This document shows positions 11,440 through 24,600 of a stretch of DNA of 64,000 bases, one piece after another; within the stretch, counting starts at the first letter, position 1; the number at the start of each line of letters is the position of its first letter. Location of the stretch: NCBI RefSeq assembly GCF_016432865.1, contig NC_067400.1, forward strand, positions 620,558,001 through 620,622,000. The letters are read 5' to 3'. Below the pieces are notes generated by a model, which saw only the letters and a program-made list of their open reading frames with translations, did not search any database and was not told where the DNA came from. A program made the position numbers and the translations under genes. Source of the stretch: Antechinus flavipes. Lineage: Eukaryota.

Positions 11440-11600
11440 AGAAGCCATCCCAAAGGTTTATATGGACTATTTGTACCTGACCCTTGGCAGAGCATCCTGA
11501 GCTCATGTTAATCTGACCAGGTACAATCAGACATATTGTAACTCAACTCTAACAAACTGATATCATTTTGGTCTTCTTCAGGAATGAAAGGAAAATAACC
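11440..11600 (+). mobile_element. RTE-related SINE/LINE 3' end
   Basis: Ends in a decayed RTE-type tail (ggtcttcttcaggaatgaaaggaaaataacc). Confidence 0.6.
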
Positions 11601-12539
11601 AAGCAAACTGTGTAAACAGTTTAACTTTTATTTCTGTTTATTTTTCTGTGCTTTTTTTGATTCCCATATTTGTAGATCAAATTTTCTCTTTAGTACTGGT
11701 CTTTTCAATAGAAATGATTGAAAGTGATGATAGATTCTTTATAAATTTTATTGATTGATTCATTTTCACAACAACTATTCTGTAGTCTCAAGATGGGGAT
11801 GTGATTCCTGCTCTTCCTTTATTTTCCCGATTTCTGATGGCTGCTTCCTCTTCTGGACTACAGAACCACCTTGGGTTGTGGCAAGTTTTCCACTTGATTG
11901 GGCCTGAATCTATTTAACTTTGTTTCTTTCAAGCTGGGGCTTGAAGAGTAGGACACAACTGAAAACAGTTGAAGAGTAGTAAAAAGCCTCTCTCTCCACC
12001 TTGTTAATAATTAAGATAATGTTAACTTCATTAACCTTATTAACATCCAGCCTGCACTTGTCTACCAGAATGCCATGGTAGACTTGGTCCAATGCCTTTA
12101 AAAGATGTCCTTAATCTGACAATATAAACTCACTCTAAAAATGAATGATCACTGTGACTTGTCCTTCATGAATATCTGCTGCCTTGCAGGGGTCAGCCCT
12201 TTGTAATTGTTCACAATCCACTGTCATTCAAATGGTCTCCTTTGATTGTGGCACTGATACTCTCTATGACCCTTCTTTCTTATTTTTCCCCTTGACCCTA
12301 ATAGCAATTGATAATTTTTTTAAATAATTTTTGTCGTTATATCACATTTATTTCCAAATATTTTTCTCCATCACTCCAAGAGCCTCTTAGAAAAAAGAGT
12401 TGGAAAAAAAAGTTCAGCAAAATTAATCAAAAATTCAGCAAAATCTTTTTAATAGATGTTTGACAATCAGCTGCTTTCGATTTTGACTCTGTGACATCTT
12501 TTGTTTCTCTTTTTATGTTTTCCCCACTGTAACTACTGT

Positions 12540-13130
12540 ATTACAGGACCCAATAACAGCTCCACAGACTATTGCAATAGTTGTTTACTGGTGTTTTGCG
12601 TCTTCGCTCCCCTCTCTCAGTCATCTTCCCCATCTCTCTCTTCATTATCTTCCCTATGCATATGTCTTGGATAAAGTCATTCCAAGGATCAGTAAACTTT
12701 ATATGATTCCCTATTTTGTATTCTTCTGTCTGGGATTTGAGACCTTCCACCAGTTCGTCTACATATTTCCAGTCTTATTTCCTATGACTTCCCTTGCTAT
12801 TTCCAAACTAGACTATTCTCCAGTTGTCAGTTCTCCATCTATCCCTCATATCACATAAACTTTGAACTCTCATTTCCCTATAACTTTGCTGACATTACTT
12901 CCTATGTCTAGAAAAACTTTTTTCTCCACCAATTTTCCTACCCATTATTTAAAGACCATCTCAAATGTCACCTTCTTTCAGAAGCTTTCTTTGATCCTTC
13001 CTAGTGAGTGATAACTCTTAGATTTTACAGAACATTTCCTTTTAAAACCATCTACTGCACTTATGCAATATTGTGCATTTAGGAAATGTGTTGGGGCTAC
13101 TTATTAGACCATAAGCTTGTTTGGGAAAGG
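12540..13130 (+). mobile_element. L2 3' region relic
   Basis: L2-like motifs such as gactattgcaatag and ttagaccataagcttg. Confidence 0.6.
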
Positions 13131-14853
13131 ACTGTATTTTGTTTAGGCTCCTGCATTTTCTATCACGAGTGATTAAATATTGGCTCAGGATCACAAAGTG
13201 AGTACTCTACAACCAAGAGGAGCTTGAGCAATATATCCTGTCATGCTTTTTAGCCTGAGGACTATCGCTGGAGAAACTGAAAGCTAGTCTGCTTTTCTGG
13301 GAAAAAAAGCTAGTTTTTTTCTGGATCTGAGCAGGCTTTGTTGTAGATTATCATCATCTTCTCTAACTAACTAAACTGAGCTCCTGGATATCTTTTTGCT
13401 TTCAGAATAGCTTGAGATTTTTTTTTTTTGGGTGGTTCTTTTTAAAAAAATTGTCTTTAACCTTCTGGGTTCAGCAATCCCTGTATAAATTGAGAATTTG
13501 TCCAATGTTTTATAATTGTCCTCAGATACCATTTCTTAGTTCTGACTTCTGCATGTGTCTCTTCATTTAAGGGATGTGATGAGAGATTAGTTGATGGTAG
13601 AGAGAGCAGTTTCCTGCCTGGTTTTACTCCTAGAAGCATGCATGATTATCCCTTGCCTGTTCTTAGTCCTTAAAGCATGCATACATATTCTTTGCTATAG
13701 GAACAGTGTCAAGAGGCAGGAGTGCTTCCATATATGAGCAGTCAGGATGTTGAGGAGATAAGAGATTGTACAATATGAGGACTGACTAGGAGCCAAGGAT
13801 ATTTAGGGCTAGAGAAAAAAGAACTTGGGGAGGACATGATAGATGTCTTGCAGAATTGGAAAGGCAGTCGTGTAGAATAGATTTTAGATTTGTATGTGAA
13901 CTAGGTAGAGTTCAACTTGATTTATGAGAATAACCAAAACAAATGAACGCACACCTTCTATTGAATAGGATTGTCCAAAAGTGGAAGGGATTATTTTGAA
14001 AAGTTCTTTAGGATCCTATTACAAGCTAGAAGTTTCAAGCTAGGACTTAGAGGTCCTAATCCAAACCCCTGATTTTCCAGATGAGGCTCAAAGAAGGGTT
14101 GCGTTCAGTGACAGATCTAGGATTCACATCTAAGTCTTCTGCTAAATCGAATGTTCTTTCTGTGGTTCCACAAAGAGGCAGGTACTGAGGTCCTCATCAC
14201 TCTGCCTTCAAGCAGCAACTGCCACTTGGCAGGATGTTGGAGAGAGGATTCCAGCTCATGCATGGTCTGGACTTAGATCCTCTGCCCCCCTGAGAGACTT
14301 TGAGAAACACTGAAGCTGACGTCCTCAGAGACAGTCTCCTCCAAACCTTTTGTTTTTCCCATCCAAGTTCAGAGGGGTCACGACTGGTTCTACAACAAAG
14401 AGGTAGACTTGAACCCACATCAGCTGCCTTGCCACTATGCTCGGGTCCTGTGCTGTTTTCTCTATCCTAGGAGTGTGTAACCTGGGTCCATAAGACAGAT
14501 TTCAGGGCAAAACTTTATTTTCAGTAACTAATAACTAAAATCCACTCAATTATGAATTAAAAAATTATTCTGAGAAGGGGTCCTGCCCTTCACCAGCCTG
14601 CCAAAAGGATCCATGATGCAGAGCCCTACTCAACAACACATTACCTTCTCACTGTCTGTTACAGTGACTTTTGGGGCCTGCTTCCCCTGTTGCTGGGCAA
14701 CAGCTATTGCTGTGCAAAGGTAGGTTGGGTTGCTAGGGAAGGTCCCCTTTGTCGGGCAGAGATGGAGGTTCTCTGGCAGGGACTCCTGCAAGAGGAGGGA
14801 TGTGGATCTAGATCATCCCTGCGGCACATAGAGCACCTCTCTTTTCTAGCAAT

Positions 14854-15813
14854 CTATGATTCTGTCCCTCCGGCCCTCAGCCCCTGGATGCGGGCGGCGG
14901 CGTACCTGGCAGCCCGGTGCACGTCCTTGTTCCGCAGACTGTAGATGAGTGGGTTAAGCAGCGGAGTGACCACGATGTAGAAGACGGATGTGAGCTTGTG
15001 GCGCCCGGCCGGGGTGGGCCCCTTGGGCCTCAGGTACATGGCCATCACGGTCCCGTAGAAGAGGCCCACCACGGCCAGGTGGGCTCCACAGGTGGAGAGG
15101 GCCTTGCGGCGACTCCGGGCCGAGGGCAGGCGCAGGGCAGTGGCCAGGATGAGACTATAGGAAGCCAGAATGCAGCTGAAGGGCCCCAGGAGAATGGGGA
15201 CACCCATGGCATAGACTAGGGCCCGGTTGGGGGCTGTGTCTGCGCAGGCCACTCTTAGAACTGCCGGCAGTTCGCAGAAAAAGTGGTCAATGGGCGGGCG
15301 CCCGAGGCAGTAAGGAAGGCGGAGGGCAGCAGCGGCATTGGGCACAGAAAGCAAAAAGCCCAGGGCCCAGGCCCCCCCTGCCAGCCCCCCACAGAGGCTC
15401 GGGGTCATGATGGCGGCGTAGTGAAGAGGTCGGCAGACAGCCAGGTAGCGGTCCACAGCCATGGAGGCCAGAAGGAGGGCCTCGGTGCTGCCCAGAGAGA
15501 GGGCGATGTAGAGCTGAGCCCCACAGCGGGCAAAAGGAAGCGCCCGCCTCTGGGCTAGCATGTGCGCCAGGGCCTGCGGCACGGTGGTGCTCACGTAGGA
15601 CACATCCAGCAGAGCTAGGTGAGTCAGCAGGCGGTACATGGGCCGGTGCAGCCGGCTGTCCAGGAGGATCAGGGTCACCAGGAAGGCATTGCCCAGCAGA
15701 GTGGCCAGGTAGGAGGCCAGCACGGCAGCAAACAAGAGGGGCTGGAGGGCAGGGCCGGTAGAGAGACCCAGCAGGAGAAATTCAGCCAGAGCCGTCATGT
15801 TCCCTTGACTCAT
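14854..15813 (-). CDS. Olfactory receptor, class II, family 2/13-like, intact, unusually GC-rich (319 aa)
   Basis: Single-exon 7TM ORF with N-glycosylation site NMT, GN in TM1, LHRPMY, MAVDRYLAVCRPLHY, HFFCE, SY, KALSTCGAHL, FYGT and PLLNPLIYSLRN; all conserved cysteines present. Confidence 0.97.
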   Translation of the reverse strand: MSQGNMTALAEFLLLGLSTGPALQPLLFAAVLASYLATLLGNAFLVTLILLDSRLHRPMYRLLTHLALLDVSYVSTTVPQALAHMLAQRRALPFARCGAQLYIALSLGSTEALLLASMAVDRYLAVCRPLHYAAIMTPSLCGGLAGGAWALGFLLSVPNAAAALRLPYCLGRPPIDHFFCELPAVLRVACADTAPNRALVYAMGVPILLGPFSCILASYSLILATALRLPSARSRRKALSTCGAHLAVVGLFYGTVMAMYLRPKGPTPAGRHKLTSVFYIVVTPLLNPLIYSLRNKDVHRAARYAAARIQGLRAGGTES

Positions 15814-15814
15814 C

Positions 15815-16056
15815 CTGTGGAGACAGGGGGGGCAGAGTCAGGCCACTGATGGGGACCATTCCCCTCTTCTCTGTTCTCCTCTCTCCCCTCCTCTTCTGGC
15901 TTCCCCTCTCTGGTTAGCTGCCACAGCAACAAGAAACTCCTTAGCCTAGTAGTACCTACCTATAATCTGGCTCCCATCTCCCGCTCTGGTCTTAGTTTAA
16001 AATACTTCTTCACTCAGTTCTTGTTCCAGGTAAGGTTTGTCTTCTTAGCCCCTTAC
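15815..16056 (-). other. Predicted 5'UTR intron of the GC-rich OR
   Basis: Minus-strand acceptor ccccccctgtctccacAG|gATG (AG at 15816-15815) and strong donor CAAG|GTAAGG at 16056. Alternative donor ATAG|GTAGGT at 15959. Confidence 0.6.
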
Positions 16057-16341
16057 CTTGACACAAGAGGCCTGGAACACCCAGATCCCAGGATTCTGGG
16101 AAGGGAGCACAGAGGTGAAGAGAATAGAGATGGAAAGGAGAGAAGAGGAGGAGAGTGGGAGGAAAGAAGCAGGAGGTGGGCAAAGCTGAGAAGGCCTGTC
16201 TTTGTCTCCTGAAACCCCCAGCTTTTCCTCAGAGTGTTCCCAGACCATCTCTAGTGGGGAGCACACTGTGTATTTTATATTTGGTCTGTCTTTAGGCACT
16301 TGTGTATGTGCATGGTGCCCCTCCTAGCCATAGGAACTCTG

Positions 16342-16351
16342 TCCCCAGGGA
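16342..16351. promoter_or_regulatory. Consensus O/E (EBF) site, probable promoter of the GC-rich OR
   Basis: TCCCCAGGGA matches TCCCNNGGGA exactly, about 530 bp upstream of the ATG; TAATTA homeodomain core at about 16545-16550. Confidence 0.55.
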
Positions 16352-16569
16352 ATAAAAGAATGGGTAGATAGCACTGCTGAGGTGCTCCATGGTTTACGAA
16401 AGAACATGCAGAATCAGGGAAATGCTGTAGTACTGGAAAAAGCTCAACACTGGCCTTTTTATTTCAAATGGGGGAAGAGGATGAATTCAGCAGGCTCTAA
16501 GCTTGTGGGCTTAACTTTTATTTGTGCCAAAATTCGCAATTCTCTAATTAAAAGGATAGTGAACACCTG

Positions 16570-17910
16570 AAAAATTAGAGTCAACACAACTTCACCAAGG
16601 GCAAGTTATACCACAATAATGATCAGCTTTTGTGACAGACCTGCTAGGCAGGTGGTTTTAGAAAATGGTTTTAGATATGGTTTTAGATATGGTTTTAGAA
16701 AATCATGTGACAAAGACTTTCATACATCTCTGGTGGATCAAACAGGGAGATGTGAGCTAAATGTTAACACAACTATGAATGCTGATGTTTCCTAAATGAC
16801 CAGACTCAATGTCATCATAAGGATCTGAAGTCAGCTTAGAAGGAAGTTTGTAGAGGAGGGTTTCAGAAACCTTTAACTCTCTGCATTTAACATCTTAGTA
16901 AAGACTTGGATGAAAGTGCATATGGCAGGCTTATGATGCAATGTTGGGATGAATAGTTACCATTCAAGATGGCAGAAAAGGGATCCAAAACGTCTTGAAA
17001 GTTCAAAATGTTAGGTTTTAAATTTAATAGGAAAAACATAAAAGCTTAAAAAATAGTTTTGGAAGCACAATGGGAGAAGCATAACTAGAAAGGAAAATAT
17101 TTTTCTGAAAACTTTCTGGAGTATTTATTGGACTATAAACTTAATATGTGATGACATGGGTTATTTTTGTTGAGTCATTTTTCAGTCATATTCAACTTTT
17201 CATGACACCACTTGGGGTTTTTTTGGCAAAGATACTAGAACAGTTTGTCCTTTCTTTTTCCAGCTCATTTTATAGATGAGGAAAGTGAGGCAAATGGCGT
17301 TAAATAACTCACACAAGATTATACAACTTAGAAGTGTCAGAGGCCATATTTGAATTCATCAAGATGAATTTTCCTGATTCCATACCCAGATTACCCTGTT
17401 GACCATAGAAAATGTAATTAAGAAAATCTTAGACTTTATTGAAATGATTATCCAAGACTAGTGAGGTGCTTTTGTGGTTGCTGCTGCTGGGTCTTGTCTT
17501 TCAGATCATACCTGGACCCTTGTGTTTAGTTTAGGTGCCATGTTCTAGGAAGTATATTGATCTTCTATAGAAGAGGGCATACAGGGAGAGTTAAGGGTCA
17601 TAACACATGAGAATGGATTGGATGATATAGGATGGTTAGCCTGGAGAACTGCAAATTTTTCTTGGAAAGAGAGACTGTTTTCAAACATTTATTTGAGTGG
17701 CTGCCACATGGAAGAGACTTATTCTTTGCCTCAGGAGGCAGAACTTGTCATATGTTATAACTGAGCAAATTTAGGCTTATTATAAAAGAAAAAAGAGAAA
17801 AACTCTTTTTTAACAGGTAGAGCTCTAAAAAATCAAAGTGAAATACCTTTGAACATAAGTTCTCTCTCACTGGAGGTCTTTGGTTAAAGGCTAGATGACC
17901 CCCTTATTCA
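16570..17910 (+). mobile_element. L3/CR1 RT and 3' relic, interrupted by a SINE
   Basis: CR1-like motifs (tttaacatcttagtaaagacttggatgaa; tctctcactggaggtctttggttaaaggctagatgacc). Confidence 0.75.
17165..17390 (-). mobile_element. MAR1-like SINE
   Basis: Antisense RTE-like tail plus CORE (ttttatagatgaggaaagtgaggca). Confidence 0.75.
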
Positions 17911-18347
17911 ATATCCAAATTTTTTTGAAAAAAAAATTTATATTTAGAGGATATTATTTTTTCCAGGTATAGGTTGTATTCATTGCTCACTGATTTGTCC
18001 CTTGTGACTCTGAGATTATCTCCTGTCCCACAGTCTTTCCCTATCCAGGACATTGCTTTGTACAAAATCATCTTCCTAATGCACAGATGTAATGGGTCTA
18101 ACCCAGTTGAAAAAGTATTGTTTTTTGCATCAGAGATCTTAAGTTCAGATCTGCCTCTGACACTCCCTGTATGATCTTGGACAAATCATACATGTAGTAG
18201 GAACTTAATAAATGTCTATTGATTGATTATGGATTCTCCCTACCTTCTAATTTCTCTTTTATTCTAGCCTCTTCCTCTCTTCTGCTTCTTAAATTTCATT
18301 TTTCAATGTTTCTCTTCCTATTTGATCTATCTTATCTCTATATTCTG

Positions 18348-18353
<6 letters not shown>

Positions 18354-18397
<44 letters not shown>
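18354..18397. repeat. (CT)n microsatellite
   Basis: Read directly from the sequence. Confidence 0.98.
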
Positions 18398-18401
<4 letters not shown>

Positions 18402-18547
18402 TTTCTCTCCCTTTATCATTTCTCTCAACTTCTTTCTTCCCTTGGTTCAAATAAATTCAATAAGCATTTATTAAGTGCTTAGTGTATGAGACTTTGAGAT
18501 ACAAAGATAAAGGAAAAAATTACCTATCTTCAAGAAGCAAATATACT

Positions 18548-19320
18548 TCAGGGAGCAGAGCCAAGATGATGGAGAGCAGACAACTCTCTGTAAGCTCCTC
18601 TAATCTTCTCTCAAATCAACAGCAGATTAAGGCTCTAAACTGGTTTTGGAGTCAAAGAATCCACAAATTTTTGGAGCACAACACATTTCTAGAAGAAGTT
18701 ATCCTGGAAGAACTTCAGAACAAGTCTGTTTCAATAGGACAGGGGGACAGTCTGTCAAGCCCAGGCAACAGCATGAGAAACCTGGGGCAAATAGCTGAGG
18801 TGGGAGTCAGAGCATTGTAGTTACATGCACCTGGGAATCTTCTGGGAGCTTCTTAGGCCAGCCTGTCCTGGTTGCAAGCAGGTGGTTTGGAAGATTTGCT
18901 ACAAAAGGCAAATGGTAAACCACTGAGCCCCAGAAGAACACTGGACTTAGCTGCCATTATGCAACACTGATAATCAATCAGCAGAACTGCTCCCGGGGCA
19001 AATTAAAGCAGCTGTTGCTTCTTTGCCTTAAACAGACCTCAAACCTTAAAAAATGAATAAAAAGAATTCTCATCTCAGATAGCTTTTGTGGAGAGAGAGA
19101 AGAACAGACCTCAAATCCTGAGATTCCTAAAGGCAAAGCAATTCCAGATGAAGCCCTAAAGGGAGACATGAAATGTTCCCCATTTCACAAGAAAGAAACA
19201 AAACAAGTACCTGGATGTGTAAATATAAAAATAATGTCCGGAGGTAATGACATTGAAAGTTACAAAATTTACTGAAACCATGAAAGTGTAAAATTATCTG
19301 GAATGAATTCACAGACTCAA
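18548..19320 (+). mobile_element. L1/HAL1 5'UTR plus degenerate start of ORF1
   Basis: Starts gggagcagagccaagatgatggag (L1 5'-end-like), followed by A-rich ORF1-like sequence. Confidence 0.7.
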
Positions 19321-20319
19321 ACTTGTCTTCAAGTCAAAGGGCAAATCTTTATTATAATGCAATAAGGCAGGCTGAGATTCCTAGCAGAACTCTGTTAACA
19401 AAGGAAGAGGTAGGACCTTTTGTGGGAAAGGACCTAAAGTAAGATATGCTAACTATGTTAATTGTATGTGTCAGTAAATCAACCAGTAGACTTGGTCATC
19501 CTGTTTGTACAAGATAACTTCAGGAGTTGATATCCTTAGCTTAACCTACAGATTGTATAAGGTAATTAGAGCATCAGTACAGGATAATGCTGTACAAGAT
19601 AATTCTGTCAGTTCAAGATAATTCTATAGGATCAGTTTCTTCCTCACTGGGACCCACTTAAGTTACTGTGTGGCTGTCCAGGAACATGATCTTTTTCTGG
19701 AGTTCATGCCATCAGAGGAAGAGACTACTGTTTACTAAGGGAAATCAGGAAAAGCTTCCCATTGAAAATGGCAACTGAAGCAAGATTCCAAAAGGTGGAG
19801 ATGAGGAAGTTCATTCCAGGTAAGGGGAGAAGAGATATTGCAAAGGCATAGAGAAAGAGGGTGTAAATTTAATTCAGGAAATAACTTGCAATCAGTTTTC
19901 TGGATCTATAGGGACAGTAAGACTTTTTAATGACCAAAATTCAGTATAGAAGAAAAGGGGTTTTGCTGTTAACAGATATGTATAACGAGATTAGGAATAT
20001 GATATAAATAGATGAAGAACAATTGTCTCCTTAGCTCATTTTTGTTTCTTGTTCAAATTTATTTGCATACTAAGCCAGAGAGGATCTTGGGAACATCTTA
20101 CCTAATTTAAATTAGGTAGTTACCTACAAGGAATAGCTATACTTTTATGCCCAGCCATAGAGATGGAAAATTAAAAAAAAAAAGAAAATATTACTTTGGG
20201 AGTTTTCTATATGGTTTTTGTTAGCTACAGAGTGTAGCTATAGCTAAAGAGCTATCAGGCTCTCCTTTTGAGGAAAGATTTTGGCTATTCTATTCTAGTT
20301 GTTCATTCTTCATTCTCCA

Positions 20320-20860
20320 GGGTGACCAATGGCACACGGAGAACAATGTCTTGACTTGCAAGTGAATTGGATTTAAATGAGGCAAAACTGTGCAAAGTTA
20401 TTAGCCTCACATTTTCCTCAAGAGTCAATGGAATCCAGTGGCAAGACATAGATTAGGATGACTGGGAATGGCCCCAGATGCAGTGGGAGACCTTGGCCTT
20501 TTTAAATTAAGGCCTTTCCCAGGTCTCAGTTTGTCTGAGGTAATACCAATTCAGTGGTTAAGTCGAGGTAAGAACAAGGCAAAGAATGGCCTAGTTTGCC
20601 TTCACAAAAGAATCTATTTGGGAAGGGAGATCTTTAGAGTTTCCTGCTAAAACAGAAACAATTGTTATTTACACTCATTCTGAGCCAACAAAGCCCAAAC
20701 AGTAAGCAAGTGAAACTAGGTCTGGCACTTATTATTGGCCAGTCAGTGAGAACCAGTGATTTGGGTTTAGAGACACAATCTAATAGTTTCATTTGAATTC
20801 CAATGGACTTTATCAAACCTTAGTTTTTCAGAGCTATAGTTTAATAAATCACAAACTACA
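20320..20860 (-). mobile_element. WALLSI-like RTE-dependent SINE, continuous copy
   Basis: Homologous to the split copy at 61287-61530 and 61983-62262, whose + piece ends in an RTE tail. Confidence 0.75.
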
Positions 20861-21299
20861 AGACACAAAAAAAATCACATTTTTTTTGGGGGGGTGGAAT
20901 AGAATAAGTAGAAAAGAAAAAATTCTAGCTGGAAACTGAACTGAAAAGCCCAGTGTGTGGACCTGAAGAGGCAAGCCCAGAAGCTAAAAGCAAGGAGGAG
21001 TAAACCAAGCAACTTTTGGGATTAGATCACAGCCTAAAAAAGATTACATACCTAGGAATTTACAGCAGGCACTGTGGGGTCTTTGTACTGAGCTGAATAG
21101 CCATGCTCAGGAAGAAACAGGAAGAGTGTGAGCATTGTGCCCCAGATAAAAATTGAAGTGGATGAAAGATGGAAATACAAAATGAATCTAGAAAGGTAAT
21201 TTCAGTGTCAGTGATGAAGCCCTGGATTACTAAGTAGGGTTGCCAGTGAGAAGTACTTATTCCCCGTGACAAGCAGGGAAGGGCATGATGGGGATCTGT

Positions 21300-21682
21300 T
21301 TAACCTTATAGTCCCACCCTATGTGGAGAGCTTGGGTAGCCAGACCTTGCTCTGTCCAGTCAGAAAGCCAAATCATGTCCAACCCCCAAGGTTAAATTTC
21401 TCCTCTAAATCTATAGATTTAGTTTGTCAGTAAAGAGCATGCTTCCATCTCATGGAAGATCCTTTTTCTCATGGTTAATTGTAAGATCTGCTAGATAATT
21501 TGTCTTTTTCATTATTAATAGTTAAAATATCTTCATTGCTAACTATATGCTTTTCCAACTCTTATTTCATATTTACTATTCCTAGAGAGAATGGCCATTG
21601 TGAATTCTTCATATGACCAAATCCCAACATTTGGTGCCTACATTACTCCCAATATTTGGTGTGCTGAACCTCAAACTCATCA
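21300..21682 (+). mobile_element. Probable solo LTR; start uncertain
   Basis: Shares blocks with 25080-25413 (ggttaattgta; ccaact...tatttcatattta; ggccattgtgaatt) and ends ...ctcatca. Confidence 0.5.
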
Positions 21683-24600
21683 TTTGGAACTAGGAATTGC
21701 CAGTTGCTATCCTGAATACATCATCAGGATAAGGAGTCTGTATCTTATCCCAGAGGAAATTGGGATGATAGATTTTAGGGCAGGGGAGTGATATTAACCA
21801 GTCCTATGTACTAGCAAGATGCATTTATCAGCTTGTGGAAGATAGATTAGAAAAGAGAATAATATCAGGAAACTATTATAATATTTCAGGTGAGGAATCT
21901 GAAGTAGGATAATATGAAGAACAGAGGTTTGAAGTGAGATATTTTAGAGATAACATTCGATCAGACTTTTACTTCATCTTCTCAAAACTCTCAGAGATCC
22001 CAAATATACTCTTTATTTTAACAAATGTACATGCCCTAAGTATATGATTTGCTTTTTTGAATAAAGTCTGGAAAGTTTTTTTTTAAGCTGGCATAAATGC
22101 TTTCTGAGAGAGGGAACATCAACTCAGTCACATTTTAGCATGGATTGATTTCTTAGCTTAGTTATCTAGAACCACATAGAATGTAATTTTAAAGATGCTT
22201 AGAACACAGAAGATGAGCTGTTAAAACAGAGGGTAAAGTGGTAAAATAGTTATCAGGAATGGTAAATAGAAATATTTGAGAAAAATTAATTTTAAAAGAA
22301 TATCATATAAAAATAGTATAGAGATTCAGAGATTCACTTTACGACAGAGAATTTATGTCATAGGGATCCATCACGTGTAACAAAAATTTGTTATTTTATT
22401 TTATGAACAATTAACAAGGGGAAGAGGAGTTCTGTAGTGGAAAACACATTTAACCAGGATAAAGAAGCCATTAAGGGGAAGACATTATAAGGTGAAAAAA
22501 AGTATCTCAAAGTGAGCTAGTCCACAAAGGAGTTAGTAAAGATCTACAGTATGAGCAGATCTTTTATAGGGGAAATGTAATGTTGGGGGTTTGATACCAT
22601 AACTTGAAAAGTCTCAGGGAAAGAAGGAAAAATAAAGGCAGGAACAAGGATGTATATTGACATACTAAGACTATCTTAAAAAATATTCTAGGAAACCCGA
22701 GTTTCACACATTATGTTTGAAGTACTCATTCTATGCTTAACCAGACAGTCTGGGAATTGTAATTGATAATGGAACAGAATGATCTTGCTTTGTCAATTTT
22801 CTATGATTGTCCTGACTGTCTTTAAAGATGCTCACTAGATAGTCTTGGGAAACCTAAGTTCTCAGGATGAGCATTTTAGAATTTCCTGACCAGAGGAGAG
22901 AATAAGCTGGTTTCAGAAATCACATCAGAGGGGACTCTAAGAATGTAGAATGAAGAAGATCAAAGCTCTGAGGGACTTCAGAACAGAGGATGTCAGAGGT
23001 AGTAGTCACCGTTAGAATGTAAGATGTCAGAGCTTGGAGGTTTCTTAGAACATGTTCTTAGAACAGAGTTGGTGGGGACCTTCATTTAGTGGCAGAGTGG
23101 AAACAAGTCCAGAGAGACTCATGAGTTGCCCCAAATCTACAAGGGAATATTTGATTCCCCACTGAATCCCAGGAAGTCACTTTCCTCATTCCTCCTGTCA
23201 GGTAAATCTCTCCTTAATTTTATTGATTTGGTCTAGCCATGTAAATTGACATCCCTTTCTCTCCTTCATTAGATGGGCCATATTTACTCCACCACATGCT
23301 AAATGTCTTTTTTGTTGAACATGTCCCTTCCCGATGCTTCCTGACAGAAGCATAGTGGTGTTTCATAAGAATTTATTAATTATAAAAAGAATCTTGAAGT
23401 CTATAACATGGCTTTTTTGGCTTTTTTGATAATAGCAAAGTACTGTAGATAACTCATATTCATGTGACAGGGAAATGACTGAAAAAAAAATCATGGCATA
23501 TCAACATGGTGAAACTGCATCTTCAAAAATGGAGGGAAAGCCAAGAACAAAAAGACATGGGGAGCATGTGAAATGCTGTTGACACAGTTCTGGCTTTGCT
23601 CTTTACCTCTGTGTGAACTTGGATAAGACATCTCTTTGGGTTTCCTCATATGTATAAAATTGTAGGGTTAAGTTAAATGATCTCTCATTTTTCTGTCAAT
23701 GGTTAATCTATGACCATTTATCCATCCATTTGTTCATTCACCTATCCATTCAGCAAGGATTTATTGTGTCTACTACATGATAGGTGCTATGGTAAATATT
23801 GTAATTAAATGAACTTAGGAATTTCTGATTTCATATTTATGGGTACCATTCCATAATAACCTTTTCCCACTTTATTTGATGGTCTTTCTGAGTTACTATA
23901 ATCATTTTTTTTGGGTCAGGTGACAGAGTTTTGGTGCTTGAGCTTTTCAGATTGCTGGGCTGGCTAGTAGATGAAAGAGATTCAGCTTCCTTTGTGTCTG
24001 TGTTCAGAAGACTTCCATCAGGCTGGCGTGCCAGATCATGTTTTCTCCAACACAACCTCTGAGAACCCCAGCTTGCTTCCATGCCAGAATCAGAGGGATT
24101 TTGATGGACACAGAAACCATTTGGTTCAAGAAATCTCTCCTTAGAAATTACTAACTAGTGGCATTGGGGAAAGCACATTCACCTTAGAAGCATGAGATCT
24201 GAGTTCATTATTTTTATATGAATTACTTCCCTTCTCTCATTTATTCATTTTCTTTGTCTATAAAAGGAGGAGGGTGGATTCTGTGACTTTTAGGATCTTT
24301 TCTAGCTCTAAATGGATTTGAATTTAGCATTGTTCATTATCTGAGCAACTTCCCCTGATCCTGATTGGGATGGCTTACTCTCATCATTTTGGGTTATTAC
24401 CTAAGCTTGTGATAGATAACATGGGTATACCCATCTTCTACCTGGACTGCCTCTGTTTACCCCTTAGTTTATCTGACTTACCTGATAGATAGGATTACAG
24501 TGAGAATTTTGACCTCATCACTTCATCAGAGAACCTTGTCCTGATCCTGCCCCACTGTTTGCCTATCTCCACATGATCCCTCTACTAATAGTTATATCCT

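Noticed and set aside
14690-15849. Plus-strand ORFs overlapping the GC-rich OR (14690..14944, 14917..15219, 15283..15558, 15619..15849)
   Set aside because: Three of them are in the codon-aligned antisense frame, where stops need sense TTA, CTA or TCA codons that are rare in a GC-rich gene. They are shadow ORFs with no recognisable protein.
16653-16702. Four copies of TGGTTTTAGA(A/T)A
   Set aside because: Simple slippage repeat inside an L3 relic.
18482-18820. 112-aa ORF
   Set aside because: Lies across an L2 tail and an L1 5'UTR.
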